IMG/VR virus record: IMGVR_UViG_3300030372_002152
Span: 1 to 50,379 of that record
Source: a virus
Taxonomy: Duplodnaviria > Caudoviricetes
DNA: 50,379 nucleotides
Strand: one strand, 5' to 3'
Part shown: one piece after another, positions 8,348 through 17,387 of the stretch
Layout: each line of letters opens with the position of its first letter
How positions within the stretch are numbered: position 1 is the first letter of the stretch
Notes under the pieces: generated by a model
Databases searched by the model: none
What the model saw: only the letters and a program-made list of their open reading frames with translations
Told to the model about the DNA's origin: nothing
Made by a program: the position numbers and the translations under genes

Positions 8348-8710
8348 ATGCTGTCTACAATACTAAGTTCTATGGGTAGTCTTGCTAGTTCCTATATAGA
8401 AGGCAAGACTGCTATTCAAAAAGCTGAAGCCACTATTAGGATGAAAGAAGCCACTGGCGAGATAGATTGGGACTTAGCTGCGATGAGAGCCTCACAGTCG
8501 TCTTGGAAAGACGAATGGCTTACTTTACTTTTCAGTATACCACTGATTTTAAGCTTCTGCGGCTCGTGGGGCAGAGAAATAGTAGCAGACGGATTTACAG
8601 CATTGGCGGGTATGCCTCAGTGGTATCAAATCGCATTAGGGGCTATCGTAAGTGCGAGCTTTGCAACGAGAGCATCAGCTAAGTTTTTCGGAACAAGGAA
8701 AAAGAAATAA
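8348..8710 (+). CDS. Putative holin (GTA 3TM holin-like)
   Basis: SWKDEW followed by TM segments and a basic C-terminus (FFGTRKKK); upstream of the endolysin. Confidence 0.7.
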   Translation: MLSTILSSMGSLASSYIEGKTAIQKAEATIRMKEATGEIDWDLAAMRASQSSWKDEWLTLLFSIPLILSFCGSWGREIVADGFTALAGMPQWYQIALGAIVSASFATRASAKFFGTRKKK

Positions 8711-8745
8711 ACAAAAATCCCTATCCTTTCGGGCCATACGCAATT

Positions 8746-8892
8746 GTGGGACGAGTTGTTACTTGCGAAATCTGTGGACATCAGTATATTGGCAGTGGGT
8801 GTGTCTTTTGTGAAAAAACTCACACTCACCAAGAATCTGTTGATTGGACAGATGAGGTAATTAAACAACAGGAGAAAAAAGATGGCGTTTAA
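8746..8892 (+). CDS. Small zinc-ribbon protein (CEICGH...CVFC); start GTG 8746 or ATA 8707
   Basis: Frame is open from 8683 to TAA 8890-8892 and contains two CxxC motifs; fills the holin-endolysin gap. Confidence 0.55.
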   Translation: MGRVVTCEICGHQYIGSGCVFCEKTHTHQESVDWTDEVIKQQEKKDGV

Positions 8893-9355
8893 ACTATCCC
8901 AGAGAAGTTTTCAAAAACTGGCAGGAGTGCACGAAGGGTTACAAGAAGTAGTTAAGGCAGCCATAGGTCTTACGAAAGTGGACTTCGGTGTGATTTATGG
9001 TGTCCGCAGCTTAGATGAACAAACTCGCCTTTTTAAGGCAGGACGATCACAGACAATGAAGAGCAAGCACCTTCTTCAAGATGACGGAAAAAGTCATGCT
9101 GTGGACTTAATGGCGTATGATTCTGGAGAGGCAAGTTGGGAACTGAATTTGTACGATGAGATAGCTGACGCAATGAAAGAAGCTGCTGTAAGATATGACC
9201 TTCCGATACGTTGGGGAGCTTGTTGGCATATAGACGACCTTCGTGATTTTGAGGGCACAGCAGAAGAAGCAATGATGGAATATGTAGATTTACGTCGCTC
9301 TCAGGGAAGGCGACCGTTCATCGATGGACCCCATTTCGAATGTAATTTTAAGTAA
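8882..9355 (+). CDS. Endolysin, M15 family (L-Ala-D-Glu peptidase-like)
   Basis: GVRSLDEQ, SKHL...HAVDL, IRWG and DGPHFE zinc-peptidase motifs. Confidence 0.9.
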   Translation: MAFKLSQRSFQKLAGVHEGLQEVVKAAIGLTKVDFGVIYGVRSLDEQTRLFKAGRSQTMKSKHLLQDDGKSHAVDLMAYDSGEASWELNLYDEIADAMKEAAVRYDLPIRWGACWHIDDLRDFEGTAEEAMMEYVDLRRSQGRRPFIDGPHFECNFK

Positions 9356-9371
9356 TTTAAGGACTAGATGT

Positions 9372-9584
9372 ATGGATGTTGTTGACTTTGCAAAATATTT
9401 GTATAATAAATTTGATGAGAGAGAAAAAGATATTGCACAAGATCTAGTATTAGGAAACATAAAAGATTGGAATCAGTATCAACATTTAGTGGGTGAGGCA
9501 CGGGGACTCTCACTTGCTAAAGAAGAAATAAAATCCCTGCTGGAGAATAGATTAGAAGATGCCGAGCAAATTATTAGTTCCTGA
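9372..9584 (+). CDS. Hypothetical protein (MDVVDFAKY...)
   Basis: Second Met of ORF 9324-9584 with AAGGA upstream; DWNQYQHLVGEARGL; precedes GroES. Confidence 0.75.
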   Translation: MDVVDFAKYLYNKFDEREKDIAQDLVLGNIKDWNQYQHLVGEARGLSLAKEEIKSLLENRLEDAEQIISS

Positions 9585-9960
9585 CTTTTATAAAGTCCCA
9601 AACAAAGAACCAGACCTCCCCTTAAAAGATAGATTACCACAGCCAACAGGTTGGAGAATCCTTGTTATGCCGTACAGAGGCAAAGGCAAGACTGAAGGGG
9701 GTGTCTTTATGCCCGAAGATGTCGTTGAAAGAGAGGCGTTGGCTACTGTTGTCTCTTATGTGTTAAAGGTTGGGCCTTCAGCATATGAGGATAAAGAGAA
9801 ATTTGGAGATCAAAAACCTTGGTGTAAAGAAGGTGATTGGGTCTGCATTGGTCGATATGCCGGGGCAAGATTTAAAATTGACGGTGGTGAAGTAAGAATT
9901 ATTAACGATGATGAAGTTATTGCCACGATTCAACACCCAGACGACATATATAGTGTTTAG
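9559..9960 (+). CDS. groES: Co-chaperonin GroES-like protein
   Basis: PTGWRILV, KTEGGVFMP, VLKVGP, KEGDWV...YAG and RIINDDEVIA are Cpn10 signatures. Confidence 0.9.
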   Translation: MPSKLLVPDFYKVPNKEPDLPLKDRLPQPTGWRILVMPYRGKGKTEGGVFMPEDVVEREALATVVSYVLKVGPSAYEDKEKFGDQKPWCKEGDWVCIGRYAGARFKIDGGEVRIINDDEVIATIQHPDDIYSV

Positions 9961-9968
9961 GAGATAGC

Positions 9969-10874
9969 ATGGAACAGGAACAAAAAGTAGAAGAAGCAGA
10001 AACCGTTGAGGTAGAAGTTGCAGATCCTTCCATTAAGGAACAGAAGGATAAAGAAGTTGAAGTAGTTCAAGAAGTTGAGATTGAAGCGAAACAAACCGAG
10101 AATAAAGAAGAGCCAAAAGAAGACGAGCTTGAGAATTACAGCAAGAACGTACAGACTCGAATAAAGAAACTTACAGAAAAATATCGAAAAGAAGAAAGAG
10201 ATAGAGAAGAAGCTGTAAGGCTGTCCCAACATCTTTTACAGGAAAACAAGAAGCTCAAACAGACAGTAGGAAACCTTGATAAAGGATATCTTTCTGAATA
10301 TGGCACTAGATTGGAGTCACAAGAAGACCAGGCAAAGAGGGCTTATTCCGAAGCGCATCAAGCCGGAGACTCCGAGAAAATGTTTGAAGCTCAGAAAGCT
10401 TTGTCAAAAATAGCCATAGAGCAAGAACGGTATAGATTAGCTAAAAACCAATCGGATACAGCAGAACAACAAGCTGAAGCTGAACCAACTACACCGCCTC
10501 AACAGCAACAACCAAAGGCTGAAGTGTCTCCAAAAGCTAAAACTTGGGCTGAAAAGAACGAATGGTTTGGGGATAATGAGATCATGACTCAAGCAGCTTT
10601 TGTTCTACATAATAAATTAATACAAGAAGAAGGGTTTGACCCGGAGAGCGATGAGTATTATAGTGAGATTGATAGACGTATGAGAACAGAGTTCCCTCAT
10701 AAGTTTGAGAAACAGAAAACGAGTAACGGAGTTCAGGTCGCTTCTGCGAATTCCACAGCATCTCGTAGTACGCAACAGAAGCGAAGATCGGTAAAACTAT
10801 CGCCTTCTCAAATAGCGATAGCTAAAAAATTAGGTGTACCTCTTGAAGAGTACGCAAAATATGTGAAGGACTAA
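9969..10874 (+). CDS. Putative capsid scaffolding protein
   Basis: Acidic coiled coil upstream of the capsid genes; C-terminal VKLSPSQIAIAKKLGVPLEEYAKY. Confidence 0.7.
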   Translation: MEQEQKVEEAETVEVEVADPSIKEQKDKEVEVVQEVEIEAKQTENKEEPKEDELENYSKNVQTRIKKLTEKYRKEERDREEAVRLSQHLLQENKKLKQTVGNLDKGYLSEYGTRLESQEDQAKRAYSEAHQAGDSEKMFEAQKALSKIAIEQERYRLAKNQSDTAEQQAEAEPTTPPQQQQPKAEVSPKAKTWAEKNEWFGDNEIMTQAAFVLHNKLIQEEGFDPESDEYYSEIDRRMRTEFPHKFEKQKTSNGVQVASANSTASRSTQQKRRSVKLSPSQIAIAKKLGVPLEEYAKYVKD

Positions 10875-10877
10875 GAT

Positions 10878-11339
10878 ATGACAGATAGAACACCGAGAAA
10901 AGAAACGACCCGTGAAGCAACTTCACGCAGAAAGCCTTGGACACCACCCAACAGGTTGAATGCACCTGAACCCCCAGAGGGATACAAGCACAGATGGATT
11001 CGTATCTCCACTCGTGGAGAGGACGATAAAGTCAACGTCCATACCAAAATGGATGAGGGATGGGAGCCAGTAAGGGCAGACGAATACCCCAACAGGGACT
11101 TACCAACCATAGAAGATGGAAAGTATGCAGGAGTTATAGGTACAGGTGGATTAATGCTTGCCAGAATGCCTCTCGAAACAGTCAAAGAGAGAAATGAATT
11201 TTATCGAGGTAGAACTCGTGAACAAATGACTGCCGTTGACAGTGATCTAATGCGTGAACAGCATCCTTCGATGCCAATCACAAATGATCGTCAAACTAGA
11301 GTTTCATTCGGGGGTCGAGGTGATTCCCCTAAAAATTAA
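10878..11339 (+). CDS. Head-module hypothetical protein
   Basis: GYKHRWIR...EGWEPV...GGLMLARMP; lies between scaffold and capsid genes. Confidence 0.7.
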   Translation: MTDRTPRKETTREATSRRKPWTPPNRLNAPEPPEGYKHRWIRISTRGEDDKVNVHTKMDEGWEPVRADEYPNRDLPTIEDGKYAGVIGTGGLMLARMPLETVKERNEFYRGRTREQMTAVDSDLMREQHPSMPITNDRQTRVSFGGRGDSPKN

Positions 11340-11360
11340 TTTTTTGCATAGGAGCTAATC

Positions 11361-11984
11361 ATGGCAAACACAAACGTAAAGTTTGGATTAAAGCCGATTG
11401 GTGTTATTGGGGGAGGCCCCGGTGTCACTAGTCAGTATTTTATCAAAAGTGATGCTTCAGCGATTTTCCAAGGTTCCCCTGTTGAAGTCGAACTTACAGG
11501 TGGTACTGCGGCAATCATAACTAGTGCAGATGGCGACGGGAAGCAACTTCTCGGAGTTTTCGCAGGTTGTGAATACGTTGATGCAACTACAGGTAAACTT
11601 ACCTTCAAAAATCAGTGGGGCGGTTCAGGCACTGCTGATACTAACCACGACATAAAATGTTTTGTTTATGACAATCCAATGACGAAGTTTATTATTGCTT
11701 CTGACGGGACAAACACAAACAGGGCAACTGCAAAAGCAGATATTTTCAAAACAGCACAACTTGCTACGGCAACTGCAGGAAATTCCACAACTGGTCTTTC
11801 TAGTGCTATGATTGATATATCTACAGCAGAAGCGTCAGACCCTTCTAATCCTTTGATGATCATAGGTATTCATGAGGATGTGACAAATGCTGATCACTCT
11901 GCAGCAGGTATCTCTTATGTCGTTAAACTTAACAACCATGTGTATGCTTCGTCTAGTGGCGATGCAGATGCAGCTATTTCATAA
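11361..11984 (+). CDS. Capsid decoration/cement-like protein
   Basis: MANTNVKFGLKP...IFQGSPV...GVFAGCEY; small-residue-rich; immediately upstream of the MCP. Confidence 0.65.
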   Translation: MANTNVKFGLKPIGVIGGGPGVTSQYFIKSDASAIFQGSPVEVELTGGTAAIITSADGDGKQLLGVFAGCEYVDATTGKLTFKNQWGGSGTADTNHDIKCFVYDNPMTKFIIASDGTNTNRATAKADIFKTAQLATATAGNSTTGLSSAMIDISTAEASDPSNPLMIIGIHEDVTNADHSAAGISYVVKLNNHVYASSSGDADAAIS

Positions 11985-11996
11985 GGGGGACTAATA

Positions 11997-12905
11997 ATGG
12001 CGATATCTAGAGCACAATTAGCCAAAGAGTTAGAACCAGGTTTAAACGCCCTCTTTGGTATGGAATATGGTCGATATGAGAACCAACATTCTGAAATTTT
12101 CACAACTGAGTCTTCAGATCGTGCATTTGAAGAAGAAGTAATGCTTTCTGGTTTCGGGGCTGCCCCGGTCAAGCAAGAGGGTTCAGTGGTATCATTTGAT
12201 GATGCTAATGAGTCTTTCACTGCTCGATACAACCATGAAACCATTGCTTTGGCTTTTGCTATCACAGAGGAAGCAGTAGAGGACAACCTCTATGACCGTC
12301 TTTCTGCTAGATACACAAAAGCTCTAGCTCGATCAATGGCTCATACAAAACAAGTCAAAGCGGCTTCAGTTCTTAACAACGCTTTCGATTCTACTGTAAC
12401 AGGTGGAGACGGCAAAGAGTTGTGTGCAACTGACCATCCACTACTAAACGGGGGCACATTATCTAACGAGCCTTCAACTTCTGCGGATTTAAACGAGACA
12501 TCCCTTGAGGATGCCCTAATTAATATCGCGGGATTTGTGGATGAGCGTGGTCTAAAGGTTGCACTTCGAGGCACAAAGCTTATCATTCCTCGACAGCTAC
12601 AGTTTGTTGCTGAGAGATTGATGGCTTCTGCGCTTAGATCTGGAACTGCCGACAATGATGTGAATGCTATCAAGTCAATGGGAATGCTTCCACAAGGTTA
12701 TACTGTGAATGACTTCCTAACAGACACTGATGCTTTCTTCATCATGACTGACACTCCAAGAGGTTTCTTACATTTTGAGAGAACACCTCTTTCAACAAAC
12801 ATGGAATCTGACTTCGACACAGGTAACATGAGGTATAAGGCTCGTGAGAGATATTCTTTCGGGTTCTCAGATCCTCGTTGTGTATTTGGGTCACCAGGAG
12901 CCTAA
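11997..12905 (+). CDS. Major capsid protein (HK97 fold, Mu gpT-like)
   Basis: MAISRAQLAKELEPGLNALFG N-terminus and RERYSFGFSDPR C-terminus; strong RBS; followed by a terminator. Confidence 0.92.
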   Translation: MAISRAQLAKELEPGLNALFGMEYGRYENQHSEIFTTESSDRAFEEEVMLSGFGAAPVKQEGSVVSFDDANESFTARYNHETIALAFAITEEAVEDNLYDRLSARYTKALARSMAHTKQVKAASVLNNAFDSTVTGGDGKELCATDHPLLNGGTLSNEPSTSADLNETSLEDALINIAGFVDERGLKVALRGTKLIIPRQLQFVAERLMASALRSGTADNDVNAIKSMGMLPQGYTVNDFLTDTDAFFIMTDTPRGFLHFERTPLSTNMESDFDTGNMRYKARERYSFGFSDPRCVFGSPGA

Positions 12906-12928
12906 TTTCATAGTTTTCCTCCCAACTT

Positions 12929-12958
12929 AAAGGGCGAGTAAAATCGCCCTTTCTTTTT
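12929..12958 (+). terminator. Rho-independent terminator after the MCP
   Basis: AAAGGGCGA-GTAAAA-TCGCCCTTT hairpin followed by CTTTTT. Confidence 0.85.
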
Positions 12959-13033
12959 GTGTGGAATTGTTTTATATTCTAAATATCCAAACTATCACAT
13001 AATGTGGTAGACATTGCCAGATTGGAGGTAAAT

Positions 13034-13912
13034 ATGGCTAATACAACTTTCTCAGGGCCAATACGGTCACAAAATGGAATGAAACTAATCAGTAAAGATT
13101 CTACTACTGGTTTAGTATCAGACAGAACTCTTGGAGATTATCCACAAGACACAAGACGTTTTTATTTAGACGAATGGTTTCTACAAAGACCTGGTTTAAA
13201 TGCAAACATTGACCAAGTATCAACAGTTGAAGTTCAAAGAGCTTTGAATAGAAATTGGGAAGCACTTGGAACTAATATGACTACAGCTTTGTGTACTTTT
13301 AACACTACTTCGGCAGGAATTGTTGCAACAACAGCAGGTGCTGACCAAGATCAAGCAGTGCTTACTCCACATTTAGATACTGCTGCGACAGCATGGGCCG
13401 GATGCTTATGGGGCACCGAGAACCAAGTGCATTGGGAAACATCAATCGCATTGCCTGCAATTGATAACCAAAAAGTTTGGGCGGGTTTAAAGCTTACTAA
13501 TGACCAGTTGATCGCAACTGATGCTGATCAGGCATATTTTAAGTTTCAGACTGATGCTACTAACAGTGAAGCATTTGATGATTTTACCTTGTTACATTTT
13601 GTTCATAGTATTGGTGGTACTGACCACATTAGTGTATTACCTATTACTGTGGCTGCTGATACAATTTACCATTTAAAAATTACTTTTGATAGTTCAAGAC
13701 AAATGTCTATTTTTGTAAATGGTGTTCAGTACAACATAACAAGTACATCTGGAAGCACAGGTGGAACTTCTGTTACTACTGGAACAACTAAATCGGCTGC
13801 TATGACAGATGATGTTGATTTGATTCCTTACATTGGAATTGAAGCGGGGGCAGCGGCTGCTGAAGCAATTCATTGTCATTATGTAAAAATGAGTAGAATA
13901 ATTAACGAATAA
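13034..13912 (+). CDS. Virion structural protein (MANTTFSGP...)
   Basis: GGAGG RBS at 13024 supports ATG 13034; beta-rich Thr/Ala/Gly composition. Confidence 0.7.
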   Translation: MANTTFSGPIRSQNGMKLISKDSTTGLVSDRTLGDYPQDTRRFYLDEWFLQRPGLNANIDQVSTVEVQRALNRNWEALGTNMTTALCTFNTTSAGIVATTAGADQDQAVLTPHLDTAATAWAGCLWGTENQVHWETSIALPAIDNQKVWAGLKLTNDQLIATDADQAYFKFQTDATNSEAFDDFTLLHFVHSIGGTDHISVLPITVAADTIYHLKITFDSSRQMSIFVNGVQYNITSTSGSTGGTSVTTGTTKSAAMTDDVDLIPYIGIEAGAAAAEAIHCHYVKMSRIINE

Positions 13913-13931
13913 TTGTTTTTAGGAGGGCAAT

Positions 13932-14336
13932 ATGGCTGATGCAGTAGCCTCACAAACGATACTCGATGGTCCAAAACAAGTTGTTATGAAGTTCACCAAT
14001 ATTAGTGACGGCACGGGCGAAAGTGCCGTCACTAAAGTAGATGTTAGTGCTCTTTCTACGAACACTGACGGTGCTACTTGCACGGGCGTAGCGATAGAAC
14101 AGATATGGTGGCAGTGTCTTGGTATGAAAGTAAGCATACTATTTGATGCTACCTCAGATGTTCTAGCCATTCAGCTTGGAGAGAATCAAAGTGGACATCA
14201 CGATTATAGGGATTTTGGTGGCATACCGAATAACGCAGGTTCTGGAGTTACGGGGGATGTTCAGTTTACAACTGTAGGTCACTCTAGTGCAGATACCTAT
14301 ACGATTATTTTGGCTATGCGTAAGAACTATGGCTGA
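13932..14336 (+). CDS. Virion-associated hypothetical protein
   Basis: AGGAGG RBS; beta-rich; lies in the structural cluster. Confidence 0.7.
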   Translation: MADAVASQTILDGPKQVVMKFTNISDGTGESAVTKVDVSALSTNTDGATCTGVAIEQIWWQCLGMKVSILFDATSDVLAIQLGENQSGHHDYRDFGGIPNNAGSGVTGDVQFTTVGHSSADTYTIILAMRKNYG

Positions 14337-14616
14337 TCGTAAGCGAGATAAACAGCCACCAAAAACGAAAAAGTATTTCCGCTCCACTAAAAAAGGAGCG
14401 GGGATGACCAAAGCAGGTGTCGCTCGTTACCGAAGAGAGAACCCTGGTAGTAAGTTAAAGACGGCTGTTACTAAGAAGAAGAACCTTTCTACTAAGGACA
14501 AGTCTAGACGTAAGTCTTACTGTGCCAGAAGTGCGGGTCAAATGAAGAAATTTCCTAAAGCAGCTAAAGATCCTAATAGCCGATTGAGACAGGCTAGGAG
14601 ACGATGGAGATGTTGA
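14329..14616 (+). CDS. Small highly basic protein (DUF6321-like)
   Basis: YRRENPGSKLKTAVT...RRKSYCARS...RRWRC; start at the internal Met overlapping the previous gene. Confidence 0.65.
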   Translation: MADRKRDKQPPKTKKYFRSTKKGAGMTKAGVARYRRENPGSKLKTAVTKKKNLSTKDKSRRKSYCARSAGQMKKFPKAAKDPNSRLRQARRRWRC

Positions 14617-14846
14617 TGAATAACCAAATTATAGTAGGTGTCACAACGGCTGTTGGTTTTGGTGTGCTGTCCTGGATGGCGTACACTTTAATAGAAGTAG
14701 ATAAGAGAACAGAAGTTATGTCTGTTACTGTAAGTAAAAACCACGAGATGTTAAAACCTTTGTGGGAAGACTTTATAAGGAGAAGTGCTAAAAATGGCAA
14801 TGGGGAGATCGCAAAAGGCAAAGCAAGTTTCGAAATCTGGGAGTAG
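14604..14846 (+). CDS. Small single-TM protein
   Basis: IIVGVTTAVGFGVLSWMAYTLI hydrophobic helix followed by a coiled region. Confidence 0.6.
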   Translation: MEMLMNNQIIVGVTTAVGFGVLSWMAYTLIEVDKRTEVMSVTVSKNHEMLKPLWEDFIRRSAKNGNGEIAKGKASFEIWE

Positions 14847-15114
14847 CAAGGACGCTTGTTACCATAAGGTAAAAGCTCGTTACAGAGTTTTTCCTTCAGC
14901 ATATGCTTCTGGGGCTATAGCAAAGTGCCGAAAGGTGGGGGCAGCTAATTATGGTAAATCTACTAAGAAAAAAGCTTATGGCGGTATGATTGAATCAGAT
15001 CAACCTCGTAAGAGATCTTTGCCTAGGGGCTTCAAGAATGGGGCTAGTGTTATTATAGCTAGAGGATGTGGTACTGTAGAGGGCAGAAAGAGAAAAAAAA
15101 CTAGGATTTTTTAA
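14794..15114 (+). CDS. Small basic protein (FPSAYASG motif; KAYGGMI tag)
   Basis: DACYHKVKARYRVFPSAYASGAIAKCRK; Lys/Arg-rich; start inferred. Confidence 0.65.
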   Translation: MAMGRSQKAKQVSKSGSSKDACYHKVKARYRVFPSAYASGAIAKCRKVGAANYGKSTKKKAYGGMIESDQPRKRSLPRGFKNGASVIIARGCGTVEGRKRKKTRIF

Positions 15115-15392
15115 TGGCTGTTCGTAAGACAAAGAAAGGACTTGCTCTAAAGAGATGGTTTAAAGAAGATTGGAAAGATGTTCGCACGGGTAAGGCGTGT
15201 GGTAGACAAAAAGGGGAGAAGAGGGGCACTCCCTACTGTAGACCCTCCAAAAGAATAAGTAAGAAAACCCCTAAAACAGCTTCAGAGATGTCGTCCTCGG
15301 AGAAACGTAAACGAATATCTCAGAAAAAAAGACTTGGTCAACCCGCAGGGAAGCCAAAAAGAGTTCAAGCAGCAAGAAGGAGAAAAGCATGA
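15114..15392 (+). CDS. Small basic protein (LKRWFKEDW..TGKACG motif)
   Basis: TAATG coupling to the previous gene; Lys/Arg-rich. Confidence 0.7.
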   Translation: MAVRKTKKGLALKRWFKEDWKDVRTGKACGRQKGEKRGTPYCRPSKRISKKTPKTASEMSSSEKRKRISQKKRLGQPAGKPKRVQAARRRKA

Positions 15393-15470
15393 AAAGTAGA
15401 CTTGGATTATGTATTGGACGTAAACCAAATATTTGATAATATGTACGCAAATAATGAAAAGGACGAATAA

Positions 15471-16142
15471 ATGGCAACTTCCAGTTCTAGAGATTTTGAT
15501 CTTGATGTAGCAGAAATAATTGAAGAAGCGTATGAAAGATGCGGTGTAGAAGTAAGAACTGGATATGATGCTAGGACAGCTAGACGATCCCTTAACCTTA
15601 TGTTTGCTGATTGGGCAAACAGAGGATTAAATCTTTGGACAGTAACCCAAGCGACACAATCCCTTACCGCAGATACAGCTACTTATACTTTAGCAAGTAA
15701 TTTCACAGACCTTTTAGACGCTGTTATACGGGATTCTAGCAGCGTAGATTACTCTATAAGCAGAATTTCAAGAAGCGAATATTTAAATATTCCTAATAAA
15801 GCTTCGACGGGTCGCCCAAGCCAATATTTCTATGACAGACAAATAACACCTACTGTGACCTTATGGCCCACTCCAGATGTTTCAACTTATTCTCTGGTTT
15901 ATTATTATGTTAACAGAATACAAGATGTCGATACGTTGCAGAATACAACGGATGCTCCTTTTAGGTTTCTTCCTTGTATGGTTGCGGGTCTTGCCTATTA
16001 TCTATCGCTTAAAAGAGCACCCGAAAGAACACAACTTTTGAAAGTAGTGTACGAAGAGGAGTTCCAGAGAGCAGCAGATGAAGATGAGGATCGAGTATCG
16101 CTTAAACTACAACCTAGCATTCAATATTTGAGGTCTACCTAA
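15471..16142 (+). CDS. Head-tail adaptor / tail tubular protein A-like
   Basis: IIEEAYERCG...ARRSLNLMFADWAN...GRPSQY...LWPTPD pattern of podoviral adaptors. Confidence 0.7.
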   Translation: MATSSSRDFDLDVAEIIEEAYERCGVEVRTGYDARTARRSLNLMFADWANRGLNLWTVTQATQSLTADTATYTLASNFTDLLDAVIRDSSSVDYSISRISRSEYLNIPNKASTGRPSQYFYDRQITPTVTLWPTPDVSTYSLVYYYVNRIQDVDTLQNTTDAPFRFLPCMVAGLAYYLSLKRAPERTQLLKVVYEEEFQRAADEDEDRVSLKLQPSIQYLRST

Positions 16143-16459
16143 TGCCTAGATACGCATCAAACAAAAGAGCTTACGGGATATCAGATCGATCTGGGTTTCG
16201 CTATAAACTACGAGATATGCGTATGGAGTGGAACGGATTATTAGTTGGAAAAGACGAGTATGAAGCAAAACATCCTCAATTAGATCCTTCTAGGATTATT
16301 GCTGATCCTCAAGCTCTGAGAATATCACGTCCAGATACAGCACAAGAAACAACGGCTTTTGTTGTTTATACGAACTCTGGAGATGGGATCATAGGATTTA
16401 AAATGGATTCTTTTGAGGCGACAGCTAGTATTGGATCAGTTACGGTGACGACATCATGA
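16142..16459 (+). CDS. Hypothetical protein (ISDRSGFRY...EWNG...KHPQL)
   Basis: Translationally coupled within the tail cluster. Confidence 0.7.
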   Translation: MPRYASNKRAYGISDRSGFRYKLRDMRMEWNGLLVGKDEYEAKHPQLDPSRIIADPQALRISRPDTAQETTAFVVYTNSGDGIIGFKMDSFEATASIGSVTVTTS

Positions 16460-17103
16460 GTTTTACATTTGCCACACTAAAGACCGCTATTCAAGACTAT
16501 GCAGAAAATACAGAAACAACATTTACGAACCATTTATCTGATTTTATAAAAGGAGCCGAGGAACGTATTTTTAAGACGGTTGATCTAGAGATGTTTAGAA
16601 AGAACGTAACAGCATCAACTACGTCTAGTAATAGGTTTCTTGTTGTTCCTAGTGATTACCTAGCTTCTGTTAGTCTATCGGTCACAAGCTCAAATAACAA
16701 AAGTTTCTTGTTGCAAAAAGATGTAAACTATATTGAAGAGTACAACCCTAATGCGTCTACCACTGGATTGCCTCAGTACTATGCAATCTTTGACATAGAT
16801 AACTTTATTTTAGCTCCCACACCTGATCAAGCCTACTCTGCGGAGCTTCATTACTACTACAGACCTAATAGTCTGACAGCAGGAGCAGAATCTGGCACCA
16901 CCTGGTTAAGCACAAATGCTCCTTTCGCTATGCTTTATGGTAGCTTAATAGAAGCGTACATTTTTATGAAGGGTGAACCAGATGTTATGAAAATGTATAA
17001 TGATCGTTTTCTAGAAGCCTTGTTAAGATTGAAAGAGTACGGAGAAGCTCGTGAAAATGCTGATGCGTATAGAAGAGGATTACCAGAAAGGCCCAGAACA
17101 TAA
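16456..17103 (+). CDS. Second adaptor / tail tubular protein A-like protein
   Basis: LKTAIQDY...FIKGAEERI...GLPQYYA...LAPTPD...LYGSLIEA. Confidence 0.65.
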   Translation: MSFTFATLKTAIQDYAENTETTFTNHLSDFIKGAEERIFKTVDLEMFRKNVTASTTSSNRFLVVPSDYLASVSLSVTSSNNKSFLLQKDVNYIEEYNPNASTTGLPQYYAIFDIDNFILAPTPDQAYSAELHYYYRPNSLTAGAESGTTWLSTNAPFAMLYGSLIEAYIFMKGEPDVMKMYNDRFLEALLRLKEYGEARENADAYRRGLPERPRT

Positions 17104-17387
17104 TGCTTATGGAAATGAAAAAAGAACCGATTGTTGAAGTGCATACCACAAACGACCGAGGCTTTACACCAGAAGAGATAGCGAAGAGATGTACGGATAA
17201 AATAGTCGAAGTAGGAGACAACGCTCCTCCTATTATACGCGACCAAGCGAGAGCGTTCAAAGACCATTTAGAAAAAGTTATAGCGTTTTATATGAAAGAA
17301 GCTATACAATCAGATAGGGTAACAGTTTGCAATGCAGTCAAAGATGCGGGGTATGATAAGCTTGCAGAGCACATAAGGAGAATGTAA
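17103..17387 (+). CDS. Hypothetical protein
   Basis: VHTTNDRGFTPEE...IRDQARAF; coupled to both neighbours. Confidence 0.7.
   Translation: MLMEMKKEPIVEVHTTNDRGFTPEEIAKRCTDKIVEVGDNAPPIIRDQARAFKDHLEKVIAFYMKEAIQSDRVTVCNAVKDAGYDKLAEHIRRM

Noticed and set aside
6785-8892. Canonical Rz/Rz1 spanin pair
   Set aside because: No lipobox-containing lipoprotein ORF could be identified.
9361-9376. CTAGATGTAT as another NrdR box
   Set aside because: It misses the conserved final G of CnAnATnTnG, is unpaired, and overlaps an RBS/start region.
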